A DNA stretch of 64,000 bases from Eledone cirrhosa (GCA_964016885.1 OZ024744.1:63302001-63366000), one strand, 5' to 3'. Numbered from the stretch's first letter, positions 50,588 through 63,730 are shown. Made by a program: numbers and translations. Notes: generated by a model not told the origin, from the sequence alone.

Positions 50588-50985
50588 TATCATCATCATT
50601 GTTTAGCATGCTCGTATAGGTAAGATAAGTCGTTCACGTTGGGAGACAAGTCTGGCCGGAGTTGGCCATACGATACCTTGCACCGACGAGGATTGTAAAT
50701 TTGCCCAGGTATTTTACAGCTGGATCCCCTTCCTAAAACCAACCACATTTACAGTGTGGAACTGGATGGCATCGTTATGAGGAGGGACAGTCGCTGGATA
50801 GATTTTATGAGCAAAAACTAACCAGCAGGAGACCCAGGGGTAGACCGAGCAAGATAGTTGGATAACATCCATGAGCTTGGCTGGTCTCACTTGGGGATCT
50901 AGCTGGATCAAGTTGGAAACAGTTGCTTTGGACAGGACTTGCTGGAGGGAGTGTTTGAGGACTCTGGCCCCATGAAGAATAAAAG
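50588..50985. mobile_element. GAT-tailed RTE 3' end (minus, 50588-50770) joined to a GAA-family RTE 3' fragment (plus, 50785-50985)
   Basis: Homology to 835-1000 and to the reverse complement of 2410-2600, respectively. Confidence 0.7.
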
Positions 50986-51037
50986 ATGTTTTATTTTACA
51001 TCACCTGCTTTTGTCTGTCTGTCCTCTCTCTCTCTGC

Positions 51038-51321
51038 ATCATCATCATCATCATCATCATCATTTCATTTTACGTCCGCTTTTTCCCTGCTTGCAAGGGT
51101 GGGACGGGAACTGATGCTGGCTTGATTTCTACAGCTGGATGCCCTTCCTAACACCAACCTCATTTACAGTGAGTGCTGGGTGCTTTTTCGTGGCGCCTAC
51201 ACGTATTGCAGTGGAATGATAGGGACCCCAGACCCTATCATCTCATTTCTACAGCTGAGTAAACTGGAGCAATGTGAAAATAAAGTGTCTTACTCAAGGA
51301 AACAACACATCACCCGGTCTG
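51038..51321 (-). mobile_element. SINE family B copy (head truncated), inverted relative to the 40643 and 49138 copies
   Basis: The reverse complement aligns nearly end to end with 40703-40975, including the same tail. Confidence 0.9.
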
Positions 51322-51735
51322 TATATATGTTTTAATAATTATAGGACATAAAGGCTGTTAGACTGATAGAATTAGTAGACGATTTGATAAAATACCATTG
51401 TGGTATTTGTTCTGGCTCTTCGCATTCCTACTTCAAATCCTGCCATGGTCAACTTTGCTTTTCATCCTTCCAGAGCGTATAAAATAATGTATCAGTCAGA
51501 TATTGGGATTAGTTTAATCAACTTTCCCCTTCTCCCAAATTTGCTGGCCTTGACTTTAAATTAGGAATCAATAATTTTCTTTTATTTTTTTTAGCTGTTT
51601 AGTCAGGTGGGAGAACAATGCTCATGACACTTCAGGTCATCTGAGTTTGGTGGTAGGGAGGGTGGTATCTTCTATATGGGGACATGGCCTGAATGCTTGC
51701 CACAGAATTAAAGACACCAAAGGGCCAGATGGTGA

Positions 51736-51795
51736 TGGTAATATTAATCTAGGCAACATATCTTAATAGATATGTTGCCTAGATTAACATTACCA
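51736..51795. repeat. Near-perfect inverted repeat (20-bp perfect stem, 28 bp with one mismatch, 4-nt loop)
   Basis: TTAATCTAGGCAACATATCT-TAAT-AGATATGTTGCCTAGATTAA, flanked by TGGTAATA / CATTACCA. Confidence 0.95.
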
Positions 51796-52874
51796 ACAGG
51801 ATGAATATATGTGGCCTAGTGGTGTTGAACTCAAGATCAAAAGGTGGGTTTCATTCCTACGGTTGAATGGTATGTCATGCTCGTTCAACTTCATTTCATG
51901 TTGTTTTTCATGATGTACCTGGGGCTCTCTAACATAAAAACATCCAAGAAACCTGCTATGGCATACAACCTTGGAGGTCAACTAAAACTGCATAAGTGTC
52001 AACTATCAATTAATTTTTTCTTTATAGCTTAAAACACATGAATTATACAATTCATATCTGTTTTATATCTGTTTTCCATGCTCACATGAGTTGGATGGGT
52101 TGTTACATTCTGAGATCTGACAAGTCAGATGACTGCAACTTAGTTCATTCATTTCATTTTAGCATGATTTTTACAGCTGGATACCCTTCCTAATGCCATA
52201 TATGCAAGGATGAAACATTAGTCTGACTTGATTATGCCAATCTGTTTTCAACTATCTATCTCGCTGTTTACACCATCCCTGGATTGGCTTTAGCATGACT
52301 GCATCGGAGATGAGTTCACCTTGTGGACAGTAGATTGCATGACCAAACCAATGACCAATGAAGGCACCTTTTTAGGAGTTGTTTGAAATAATCAATCCAA
52401 TGGTGACAACATATTTTGGAGTTTGGCACAAACCCCATGTATCCATGAGGATGTTTGTGCTTATGACATTTTAATGAACTTTTAGGAAACTAATGTGGTA
52501 TTAGTTTATAAGATCCCTGTACTTCATCTAGAGGGTGTTGCAGAATTTTCATCCTCATTTTATATAACTATTTTATATAAATGGTGGATTGGCAGAGTAG
52601 TTAGGCTATCAGGTTAAATGGCTTGGTATTTGTTCTGGCTCATGCACTCCAAGTTAAAATCCTGCTCGACGTCAACTTTGCCTTTTATCCTTTTAGGGTC
52701 AATAAATAGTTTCAGTTCAGTAAAGGTTGTGGATTGGTGGAATTGTTAAAGAGTCAAAGATGCTGGTTCAGTTTTACAATATTTTCTGGCAACATTTGAA
52801 AATGTTTTCAATTTTGAAATGTTCATTTGTTCTTTCAGTATATTTTAAATTATTTAGCATTGTAATGTTATATT

Positions 52875-53030
52875 GTGGTGACGTGGTCTAGTGGTTAAGG
52901 TATTATACTCATGACCGTAAAGTTGTGGTTTTGATACCCGAACCTGGTGGTACGTTGTGTCCTTGAGCAAAGCACTTTATTTCATGTTGCTCCAGGATTA
53001 AACTCAGGCCTGGAGAGCCTCTAGGCTCAA
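52875..53030 (+). mobile_element. Older tRNA-derived SINE (family B-like head and body)
   Basis: TGGTCTAGTGGTTAAGG A-box; TGTGTCCTTGAGCAAAGCACTTTATTTCATGTTGCTCCAG body. Confidence 0.7.
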
Positions 53031-53274
53031 GAACGACATGTAACTTTTAAAACATATTTATTAACCTCTCAAAAAAATTATATTCAATATTCTCAGTTTT
53101 ACCAATTTATAAAGTAATAAATAAATTTGATTACTTTTTATATAGATTCTAAAACAATTTTTTTTTTTTTTTGACAAACATTTTGTTTTCTGAAAAAATG
53201 TTAGTATTTGTTCCTTTATTATTAGTTCAAAACCCTTTTGTTGATAATAACTCTTTGGTATGTCATTACCAAAG

Positions 53275-53802
53275 TAATAATACTTTGATAATAACACTTT
53301 CGTAATATCCTTTTGAAAAAAGTATTCCATCCATTTGAAGATATTTTTTATGAATTTTAATAATACTTTGATAATAACACTTTGGTAGTAACTCTTTGAT
53401 AATAACACTTTCGTAATATCATTTTGAAAAAAGTATTCCATCCATTTGAAGATATTTTTTATGAATTTTAATAATACTTTGATAATAACACTTTGGTAGT
53501 AACTCTTTGATAATAACACTTTCGTAATATCCTTTTGAAAAAAGTATTCCATCCATTTGAAGATATTTTTTATGAATTTTAATAATACTTTGATAATAAC
53601 ACTTTGGTAGTAACTCTTTGATAATAACACTTTCGTAATATCATTTTGAAAAAAGTATTCCATCCATTTGAAGATATTTTTTATGAATTTTAATAATACT
53701 TTGATAACACTTTGGTAGTAACTCTTTGATAATAACACTTTCGTAATATCCTTTTGAAAAAAGTATTCCATCCATTTGAAGATATTTTTTATGAATTTTA
53801 AT
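53275..53802. repeat. 111-bp minisatellite, ~4.7 copies
   Basis: TAATAACACTTTCGTAATATC recurs at ~53289, 53400, 53511, 53622 and 53730, giving 37-aa periodicity in ORF 53061-53822. Confidence 0.95.
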
Positions 53803-53958
53803 TTCTTCCCCACAATTGCCACAAGGATTGAAAGAAAGGTAAAACCCCTGACATTTTGTCACTTCCAGATATTGTCCGTTTAGTTGGATCTATGATAGTC
53901 AAAATATATGATAAATCAGTAAAAGAGATGTTGGATTACAACACTGTATATGTATGTG

Positions 53959-54004
<46 letters not shown>

Positions 54005-54221
54005 CTGTTTGTATATATCAATGTTGTAGTATTATTATGGCCACATGCATTTGGTTGCTTTATTCTTGGTGTCACACTTTAACTTTTTAAACATTTTGTG
54101 TTTACTCTGGATGAAAATGTATTAACTTTTCACACCACCGAGTGCTTTGTGACTGCCTCAAACAACTCGATATCTGCTATGCTGCAGATACAACTTTGAT
54201 TTATACTCATTATTATTATAA

Positions 54222-54411
54222 TTATCGGTAGAATGTCGGACAACATGCTTAGCATAGTTACATCCCTTTACATTCTGAGTTCAAATCCTGCCAAGGTTAG
54301 CTCTGCCTTTCATCCTTACGGGGGTCGATAAAATAAAGCACCAGTAACGCACTGGGGTCGATTCAATTGACTTTCCCCCAAATTGCTGGCTTTGTGCCTA
54401 AATTAAAAACC

Positions 54412-54415
<4 letters not shown>
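54222..54415 (+). mobile_element. SINE family A copy
   Basis: GAGTTCAAATCCTGCC..GCCTTTCATCCTTACGGGGGTCGATAAAATAAAGCACCAG. Older copies at ~20735, 41715, 51355, 52580 and 55800; one on minus at 24840-24950. Confidence 0.85.
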
Positions 54416-54452
<37 letters not shown>

Positions 54453-56736
54453 CTTTTTTAATTATCTAAAATTACTGTTTGAAATTCTTTGAATATTCTG
54501 CAGTAAAAATATAACTTTGACCTTATTAGCAGTTATTTATCTTTGATAAATGGCAACAAATTGGAAGAGTTGTTAGAGTGTGGGGTTATATGCCTCCATA
54601 TTTCTTCTGGTTCTCTGTGCTTGTCAACTTTGCCATTACATTTTTTGGTGGTCTATAAATAAAGACCAGTTCAGAGGTATTTGATTAGCAGAAAATTGTT
54701 AAAGAATCAGGTTGAGCGCCTTGCAGTATTTGATCTAGCTGTGAGTTCTAAATTCAAATCATACCTTTTTCTGCCGGGAGTTGCAACCAACAGATAATAT
54801 CAATGAAGAGACCTATGGAAACATTTGTTCCTTGGTTCAATTTAATAATCGGTTTCCTTTCCGATCTATGATTATACGATTATAATAAGCATCTTTTGCT
54901 GTACTTGTGTTGGTGTGTGTATGTGATTTGTTAAGTTTTCATATCCTCAACTATGAAGCATGTACTTACTACCAATAATATATAGTGGTTCAAAACACTA
55001 TCTATATATAACTCCTGGTAATGGTTTCAGTAGAACCTAAACCTCATGTTATTTCACAAAAACTTTACCAATGATGAAACATAACTGTATAATATCTACT
55101 AATTGTTTTCATTGCAAATTTCCATCGGAATGTAAATAGTTATATATGTGTAGCATGTTCACTACTTCTTATGTCTAAATCCTTAGCATGTTTCAATGTC
55201 TATTAATAAATTCAAGTTAGCATGTTTCAATGCCTTTGGATATAAATTCATGGTTAGCATGTCACAAACTGTTGTTTTTTATGAAGAGCATGATCTTCCA
55301 TTTTGTATTGTTTAGCCTTATATCACACTCCACATTATATAAGAGCATGGTGTTTTTTTTCTTCAACAGATGAAAAAAATTAATGTATCTTATTAGTATT
55401 TCACTTGAGTCATGCATGTTTTTTATTGTCTCAAATTTTTCATCAATTTCTTGTAAATCATTTTGGAGATTTAAATTGGTCGGAAGTTTGAGGGATTTAC
55501 TAAAATTATTTCTTATATAAAATAATGTTGGAAGATTTTGATTTAAACAGGAACCCTTTAAAATATGTGGTTTTGTTTCATAGAATCAGAGCCTGTTTTG
55601 GCCTGTTTGATATTAAAAGGGTTAAACTCTATGATGGACTGACATCTTGTTCCCTTAGTCACTTAATGAAATCAGGAAATGAGCCTCTGGGCTTAGGACA
55701 GACTTTATATTATATAGTTGTTAAAAATATAGTTCTTATAAGTTCTTTTTAGATTTCATGTTAACATTCTATGTAATAAGGCAGGTGAATGTGATGTCAA
55801 ATTGGCAAAGTTGGTATTTGTTCTGGCTCTCTGTGCTCGGGGTTCAAATCATGCCAACATCAACTTTGCCTATTATCCTTTCTGAGGTTAATAAAGAAGC
55901 TACCAGTCCATTGGCAGAATTGTTAGAGCATCAGACAAGATGTCTTGCAATATCAGTTCAAATACTGCACCCTATATAAAGGTCCTACCATCTTTACTAC
56001 TCTATCACTTACACACTCAAATGGTAGTACTGTACAGAAATGGCATTGGGTTGCTATAAAAGAAGTTACATTCTGAAGAGAGTGTTATGAGGAAGAAGAA
56101 TGTTAACTGTATTTTGAAAATGCAGTTTTATTAGGACTGCTAATTGTGTGTTTTGGTCAGATGTTTGAGCTGTCTCAAATATATTGAACAGTAATTAATA
56201 GTATTCATTAAGATATTAAAGATTTGATTAAGTAATATTTTTTTTATTGAATTTTGAAAATATTTTATAAACTTCCTCATAGAGGGCAGTTAAACCTAAA
56301 TAGATGTGAACTGTAACAATAATTACTGAATTTAGCATGTAAGCAATTTCAAACTGAAAAAATAAATTTTTCTTATTGATGAAATTTTGAGTGGTAAAAA
56401 TACATTTTTTGGAGGATCCCTGAAGCTTGAGCTGTTATACAGACGACCTTCGCATTTCAGAAAAGTCCCTGAAGCAACGGTGTAATTACTTCAGGAGCAT
56501 ATCTGAAATTAGGATCCCTGCAGCTTAAACTTCATTAGTTTCAGATTTGCAACATATAAACTAAAAAAAACAAAAAAACATCCAGCTAATAACTCTTATA
56601 CATTTTAACTCTTTGAATCGTGATCTTCAAATCTCTTATGAAAAACTAAAATGCCTTCAGGCTATTAAAAGGTTGGTGTAGATTTAAATTATTAGTGTAA
56701 GTTCTATACACTTATCAAACAGGAGAAGGTCTAGTG

Positions 56737-57015
56737 CAGTGATTCCCAACGTGGGGCGCTCGCCCCACATGGGAGCAATTTGAAAATGATGTTAATTTTA
56801 TCTTATTACTTTTATACCAAGGCAACTTTGGAACAAATTACTGTCAGAAACTCATGTCTTACCTCCTCCACACGTTATTGTACATCTGGCATCACCCATA
56901 CACCAATATGTTTACACTTTGTAGTTGATCATTGCTGTTTTTATATCAAAGTGGAGCATAAAAATATTTGAGATGTTGAGGTGGGACATGGGACACAAAA
57001 GGTTGGGAACCACTG
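56737..57015. mobile_element. hAT-Charlie-like MITE inserted into a SINE A-box
   Basis: TIRs CAGTGATTCCCAAC / GTTGGGAACCACTG (13/14). 8-bp flanks GTCTAGTG / ATTTAGTG (6/8). The SINE resumes at 57016-57125. Confidence 0.75.
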
Positions 57016-57329
57016 ATTTAGTGGTTCGGGTGTTGGCCATACAATTGCGACGCAAGTTTAATTCCCAACCTTTTGCATTAAATACTTGAGCAAAATATTT
57101 CATTTGACATTGCTCCAGTCAACTTGCAACAGTCTGGCTTGCAAACATTACATCTCACCCAGATTAGGTGGAGGAGAATTGTGTACTCTTAGTCACTTAT
57201 TGCCAATGAAACCAGGATAAACTGTGGCATGAAGAGCCTCTGGGCTTCTGACAAGTTTTATCTTTATCTTTTATCAAGTATTCACCTGTCTAAAGAGTGG
57301 ATGTTCCTGAATTGTTTATTGTTGGTACT

Positions 57330-57897
57330 CTTCTTGAATTAGTAGAAAGCATTGGACAAAATACTTTCTTCCATTAGTTCTGATGTCAACTTTGCCTTTC
57401 ATCATTATGGGATCAATAAAGTACCAGTAATGCATTGGGGTCGATTTAATTGATTTTCCCCTCCCTTAAATTTTTGGTCATGTGCGTAAATCAGAAACCA
57501 TTATTATTAAGGGTGGTAGAATGGCAGTATCGGTAGAGCGTAAGACAACAAACTTTACAGCATAGTTATGGCCCTTTACATTCTGAGTTTAAATCCCGAC
57601 GAGGTTAGCTTTGCCTTTCATCCTTATGGGGTCAACAAAATAAAGTACCAGTAATGCACTGTGGGGGCCGATTTGATCGACTTTCCACTCCCCCAAAATT
57701 GTTGGCCTCATGCCTAAATCAGAAACCAAGGACGGTGGATTGGCAGTATTGGTAGAGCGTCAGACACCATGCTTTGCAGCATAGTTATGGCCCTTTACGT
57801 TCTGAGTTCAAATCCTGCCGAAGTTAGCTTTGCCTTTCATCCTTACGAAGTCGATAAAATAATTTGTGCCTAAATCTCAGAAACCATTATTATTATT
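57330..57897 (+). mobile_element. Head-to-tail trimer of SINE family A
   Basis: The body CTTTGCCTTTCATC occurs at ~57390, 57610 and 57829, each copy ending in AAATC(TC)AGAAACCA. Confidence 0.85.
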
Positions 57898-58238
57898 TTT
57901 ATTTTTACTGATCAATCTCTAAAATCAAGTGTTTTAGTCAAAATTATAAAAATTTCTCTAATATCTTTAATTGTAAAGATCTTGTTTTTATTCAATGTTG
58001 TCTTTTGGTGTGTTTTCTAATCATTTGCATGTCAAATAAACTACTTATAATGTATGATTATATTTCAGAACATTTTTATATTTATCTATGTCTAGATTTA
58101 ACTTTTGACACCCTGCAAGGATTTAGCAGAAAATGTCTATTGAAAAAAAAAAACAAAAAAAAGCTAACAGCTAATGGCTAATTAATTCATTTGTTTATAG
58201 TATCTTTACTAGCAGATATGTTGCAAAAATCTGTAATA

Positions 58239-59165
58239 TTAACCCTTTAGCATTTAAACCAGCTGTATCCAGGCAGAATTCTCTCACCTCTTTCTATTTA
58301 AGCAGGCTGTAACTGGCCACTCATACTGATGTTAAGGCATTGTTCTCAAAATAAATATCAAAATCTCATAGATTCAATGTGAGATAAAGCCTTTGCCATG
58401 AAAATACAATAGTAAATATAGAGAAATGTAAATGCTAAAGGATTAAGGACTATCATTTTTAATGTGATGAAGCCATAGTACTGTTTTGTACTTTTCAAGA
58501 ATGTTTTGCTAGTGTAATTTCATGCAGTACAGGACATTATGAGTTAATGTTCATTTGTCACTGATGACATCTGCATGAATTAAAATGATTCTTCTTGACC
58601 TTGGCTTTATTGTTTTTTATTGAGAAAACTATCTTTTGGGGGAATTTTAGATAAATGTTTTCCTTTACTAAATTTAAGTGAAGACATATTGCTTAGTGTT
58701 TAACCCTTTACATTACTCTATATATACTATTGTATTTTCACAGTAAAGGCTTTATCTTACATAATATCAAATCCATGAGATTTTTATATTATTATTTTTT
58801 TTGAGAACACTACTTTAACATTGGTATGAGCTGCCAGTTACAGTCGGTTTGAACAGAAAGAGGTGACAGAGTTCTGGCCGGATACGGTTGGATTAAATGT
58901 TAAAAGGTTAAGTGTTGTGAGTCTGATCCCCAGACCAGGGACTCATTGATTAACCCTTTAGCATTCACATTATTTTATATATACTATTATATTTTCATGG
59001 TAAAGGCTTTATCTCACATAATTATCTCACATAATATTGAATCTGAGATTTTGAAAGTATTTATTTTGAGAACAATACCTTAACATCAGTTTGAGTGACC
59101 AGTTACAGCCAGTTTCAACAGAAAGAGGTAGAGAATTCAGGCCGGTTTGAACACTAAAGGGTTAA
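58239..59165. mobile_element. Three piggyBac-like MITE copies (58239-58446, 58700-58911, 58950-59165); the first is inverted relative to the others
   Basis: Each is bounded by TTAACCCTTTA...TAAAGGRTTAA-like ends; internal homology to 20485-20700. Confidence 0.85.
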
Positions 59166-59858
59166 GACACTCTTTCATGTTGCTTCATCCAGTTCACTCA
59201 ACTGGAAAATGAGAATTGCTAGGACTCTGATAATAATCTATATTGGACTTTGCCTTTCCTTTGGATAAGATTAGTGGCATGGAGAAGGTAGACATACATG
59301 CATGAGTGACTGCTGATCTTCCACAAAACACTTTGCCTTGAAGATGGTCAGTGGTGGCAGTGGTGGTGGCGCTCGTGTCTCATGAAATGCTAAAGTAAAA
59401 AAAATAAACAATTTATTTGTATTGTCCTTTTACATCCCCCTTCCATGCTGGCATGGATTGGGTGGGTTGTCATGCTCCATGGCAAGATGGGTCAGAGAGA
59501 ATTCATGTTGTTCGTACATTCCATATTTGTCATGGTTCCTATGGTTGGATTCCCTTCGTAACACCAACCACTTTACAGAGTGTACTGGGTGCATTTAATC
59601 ATACCATCACTACCATTATACAGAGTGTATTGGGTGTATTTAAACATCATACCATCATTACCATTTTACAGAGTGTACTGGGTTGTATTTTATCATGATA
59701 CCAGCACGTGTGTTTGACCAGACTGTAGAGACCTCTCTATTCCGTTGTTTTGCATGTATTTAGCTTAAAATATCAGTGTGATAAATTACCCTGTAAGAAT
59801 TATTTACCTGTTGTATATCTTAGCTTATTTTGAAATGTGTCAAATTTCAATGTTGCAG

Positions 59859-59953
59859 AGACAAACCAGTTAGAAGACCCAAGAGTACAATGGAGGGAAA
59901 AACAACAAGAAATGTTGAAAGAATACATTATCACAGCTCAAGAGGATTTAGAA
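59859..59953 (+). CDS. KIBRA: KIBRA coding exon 3 (end of WW2, start of coiled coil)
   Basis: TTGCAG|; (E)TNQLEDPRVQWREKQQEMLKEYIITAQEDLE matches KIBRA TQ.EDPR.QWR..Q..MLK.Y...AQE.L, including the non-Trp second position of WW2. Donor GAA|GTTAGT, phase 0. Confidence 0.95.
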
Positions 59954-60197
59954 GTTAGTCTTTTTATCTTTTCCCTATCTACTGTCTCTTTCTCTTTATA
60001 TCTATCTGTTAATCTGTTTGTCTCTTTCTGTCTTCCATCTTCACCCTCACCGTTCACCGTCTCTCTCATGTTCCTTCATGAAAATTTATTAACTTTAATA
60101 TTAGAAAATTTTCATTATGCAGTTTAAATTTTTTTTAAATATTCATCTAAAATGTTATGGCTCTTCTGTAACCATGTATGTAATCATTCATTCTCAT

Positions 60198-60650
60198 TAT
60201 CATCATCACTGTTTAACATCTATTTATCCATGCTTGCATAGAAAATAGATGGATTGTCACATTATGAGGCTTGATAAATCAGGTGATTACATCTTGCTCA
60301 AACATTCTGTTTTGGGGTTTGTTTCTATCACTAAATGCTCTTCCAAATGCCAACCACTTTACAGTGTGTTCTGGACACATTTTTGCATGAGTTCAGCACT
60401 TAAGGGTGAACTAGGGGCTGATTGACATGGCACTAGCAAAACCACTTTACAGAGTGGACTGAGTGCTTTTTATCCTGGCACTAGCTCTACTACTTTATAG
60501 GGTGGACGGGATGCTTTTCATTGTGGCACCAACACTGTTGCCATATAGTGCAGAGTGGGTGCTTTTTGTTGTGACATCAGCACTACCACTTAACAGAGTG
60601 GACTAAGTGCATTTTATCATGGCTCCAGCACTACTTCACTGCAACACTAG
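60198..60650 (-). mobile_element. Old RTE-family 3' end with ~6 decayed 48-mers
   Basis: (CAT)n + TGTTTAACATCTATTT..CCATGCTTGCAT, then repeated ACCACTTTACAG-GTGGACTG-GTGCTTTTT units. Confidence 0.7.
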
Positions 60651-61478
60651 GATGCTTGTTGTCATTGGTTAGGCTGAGGAAGCAGTGACGAGAGCAGGGG
60701 TGTAAGATGAAAGGAAGGCAAGTGTCAAGTCTTGGAAGTGGCCTTGAAGAGAGTAAGATGCTTCTGGCAATATATTTGGGTTGTAAGGAAACCCGTCATA
60801 TGTATATATGAGTATGTGTATGTCATTTTCTGCAGATGTCATATCGACACTGTTTATAAAACCATGATATTGTTTCCATCTTCAATAAACAATACATCCT
60901 GCAGTGTATTAGTTTGATAAATGTCTGCAGTATATGGTATAGTTGAAATAAGGTATGGAGAAGGGCATCAGTCATAGTAAACCTGCCATAAAAGATCTTG
61001 ATCAATGTAAGCATGGAGAAACAGATGTAAAAATCAATGATGATGATGTTCATCATAATCATGACCGTGATATGAGAATGATGGTGGTGGTGATATTTAC
61101 CTTTACATAAAATGAGGTTTCAATTTCATCTTTGTCTTGGAATAGTTCAGAATACTGATGGAAATATTTTGATATATTCATGAATATCTAGCCAGAAAAG
61201 GTTCTATATGGGCAGGACACGGTCACCTGACGCAACTTGCGTCAAATGGGACAACCCGTCTAACCCATGCTAGCATAGAAAGTGGATGTTAAATGATGAT
61301 GATGAATATTGATGAAAAAAATGGAAATATTATGGCATATTCATTAACTTTTTAACATCTTGTACTACATAAAAACACATAAGCAACACCTTCTTAAAAT
61401 AGCCATACAAAACAAAACTATGACTGTATCACATTAAAAATGAAAATCTTTTCTTTACTACTACAAATTTTCATAATA

Positions 61479-62632
61479 CAAGGTTTGTCCCAAAAGTGCT
61501 GATGTTTTATTAGACGCACAGGAAATTACAAGTTATCTCCTTCAAAATACGACCTTTGGGGTGTCACAGTGGTTCCAACATTATTTCCATCGATCAAGGC
61601 AGTACTGGAAGTCATTTTCAGTGAGAGCCTCAAAATGGTGACCCTTCAACTTCAATTTCAACTTATAGAAGAAGTAGAAATGACATGGAGCTAGATATGG
61701 GCTGTAGGAAGGAGGAGGATGTGGAAGAGTGGGAATGTTTTTCTTTGCCAGAAATTCTTTAATTGAAAGTACTGTATGAGCAGGCATGTTATCATGATGC
61801 AGTACCCCATCTCCTGCAATGTCCTTTCGAAATCATTCCCAGATATCTTTGTAGAAGGTGTTATTAACTGTCTGTCGTAGAGGTTAAAATGCTTTTGTGA
61901 ACAATACCACAGCTGTTGAACAAAATGTTAATCATTGTTTTCACTCTAGATCTGCTCATGCTTGCTTTCTTCAGACAAGGAGAATCTTTTTGTGTGCCAC
62001 TCCTCACTTTGCCATTTTCTCTCTGGATCGTACTCGAACACCCATGATTTTACTTTATCTAAGAAATTTGGCTCAATTTGAGTCTTTCTAGCAAATCCTG
62101 ACAAATTTCCAACCCGATTGCTTTTTTGCTCCACAGATAAGTGTTTGGGTACTGGTTTTGCACAATTTTTTCACATGTGCAAATGGTCTGGTAAAGTTCT
62201 GTGAACTGCATTTTTATCCAAGCTGGTTTCTTCTGCAATCATCCTAACACTTAATTGGTGATCTTTCACCATCACTGTTCACACCACTTCTACATTTTGT
62301 TCATTTGTTCTTCCAGAATGAGGTTCATCTTCAACATTTCCTTGGCTCTCTTTGAAAGCTTTGTGTCCACTTAAAAACATTACTTCTTGAGTCATATCTC
62401 CATAAGCTTGTGTTAAAGAATTAAATGTACCGTTGTTCGATATTTTCTTACATTGCAAACATAACAAGAAGTTATAAACACATCTGTACATAAATAGTAA
62501 TAACTCGTGACTAACTTGATCGATCATGTTGAAACAATTATGTATGTGCAGCCAAGGTCATAATCAACATACCTGTGTATATATATATCTTACATTGAAA
62601 AATCAGTACCCTTACTTTTGGGACAAACCTCG
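61479..62632 (-). mobile_element. Mariner (DD34D-type) element, near full length, degenerate
   Basis: TIRs CAAGGTTTGTCCCAAAAGT / ACTTTTGGGACAAACCTCG (18/19) with TA flanks. Fragments EDEPHSGR, WVFEYDPE, HDNMPAH, YSPYLAPC.F. Confidence 0.9.
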
Positions 62633-63082
62633 TATGTTCACTAATAAAAATACATTTGAATTAAACCCATTTAAAAATATTTCTACAAAATCATTACAGG
62701 ATGTTAAGAGTAATATTGATGAATAAAATTGAAAACAAAATACACTTCATTGTTATCAGTTCATGTCCAAAACCTGCTGAAAAATCCCAACTCAGTACTG
62801 CCAGTTGTCAAAATACTTGCCTATGTCTTGACAGAACGTTTTTTTAGTTCCATTTTTACTGGTTATTGACATGAAGAGTCTGTGAGTGTTCAATCTGCTA
62901 GAAATAATAGCTAACTCTTCCTTTAAAATAAGACCATACTATTTTAAAACATTATACATATAAGTATGTGGTGCAGTATATGCTTTATCTAAGGAAAAAA
63001 AATTAGTTTTATCATGTTTGATTGATCAAGGCTGCTCTGAGGTTAAACAACAACACTTGTCAAATTTTACCTGCTCTACTGC

Positions 63083-63730
63083 TTAACCCTTTTTGTTGCC
63101 ATATTTTTAATGAAATATGCAGTATTTGAATTAATTACTGAAGAATTAGGAATGATTTACTAAAATTGTTAATTATTTCATTAAGATGGAGTGTTGAAAT
63201 CCATCCATGTTCATTTTTGTTGATTGGTTTAATCAACTGTTTTCTCTATAAACAGTACTTAGAGAAATGGTTGGCTTTGTTGGATGGGCATTTTTTAACC
63301 TTTTTGATACCAAACCTCCTGAAACTGGCCCAGGTTTTGTTACAAAACTGCTGGTTTTAAAGTGTTTATATTTAACAAACTTTCTATAATTTTATGTACG
63401 AACCTTTGTTTGAAATACCAACTTAATAATGAGTTGTTAGTTCTATTACTAAATGTAAATTATTGATTATTTTCAAAATTATTGGAAAATAATAATGTTT
63501 TCATTAAAAATATGGTAAAGAAAGGGTTAAAGTGTTTATATATCATCATCATCACATATATATATACCTTCCATCATAACTTTATGCAAGAACTTTTATT
63601 AAGTTATGCTCCAAACATAATAAATGAGAAAGGTATTTTACTAAATCCTTCCAAATTCTTGATTATTGAAAAAATTATTTAAATACCATAAGCAGTGTCT
63701 TTAATAGAAATATGATAATGAAATGGTTAA
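63083..63730. mobile_element. Second TTAA-bounded (piggyBac-like) MITE family: one inverted and two tandem copies
   Basis: TTAACCCTTTTTGTTGCCATATTTTTAATGAAA (63083) is the inverse of TTTCATTAAAAATATGGTAAAGAAAGGGTTAA (ends 63530). Body homologous to 13405-13990. Confidence 0.65.

Noticed and set aside
53061-53822. 253-aa repeat ORF on minus
   Set aside because: Translation of the 111-bp minisatellite.
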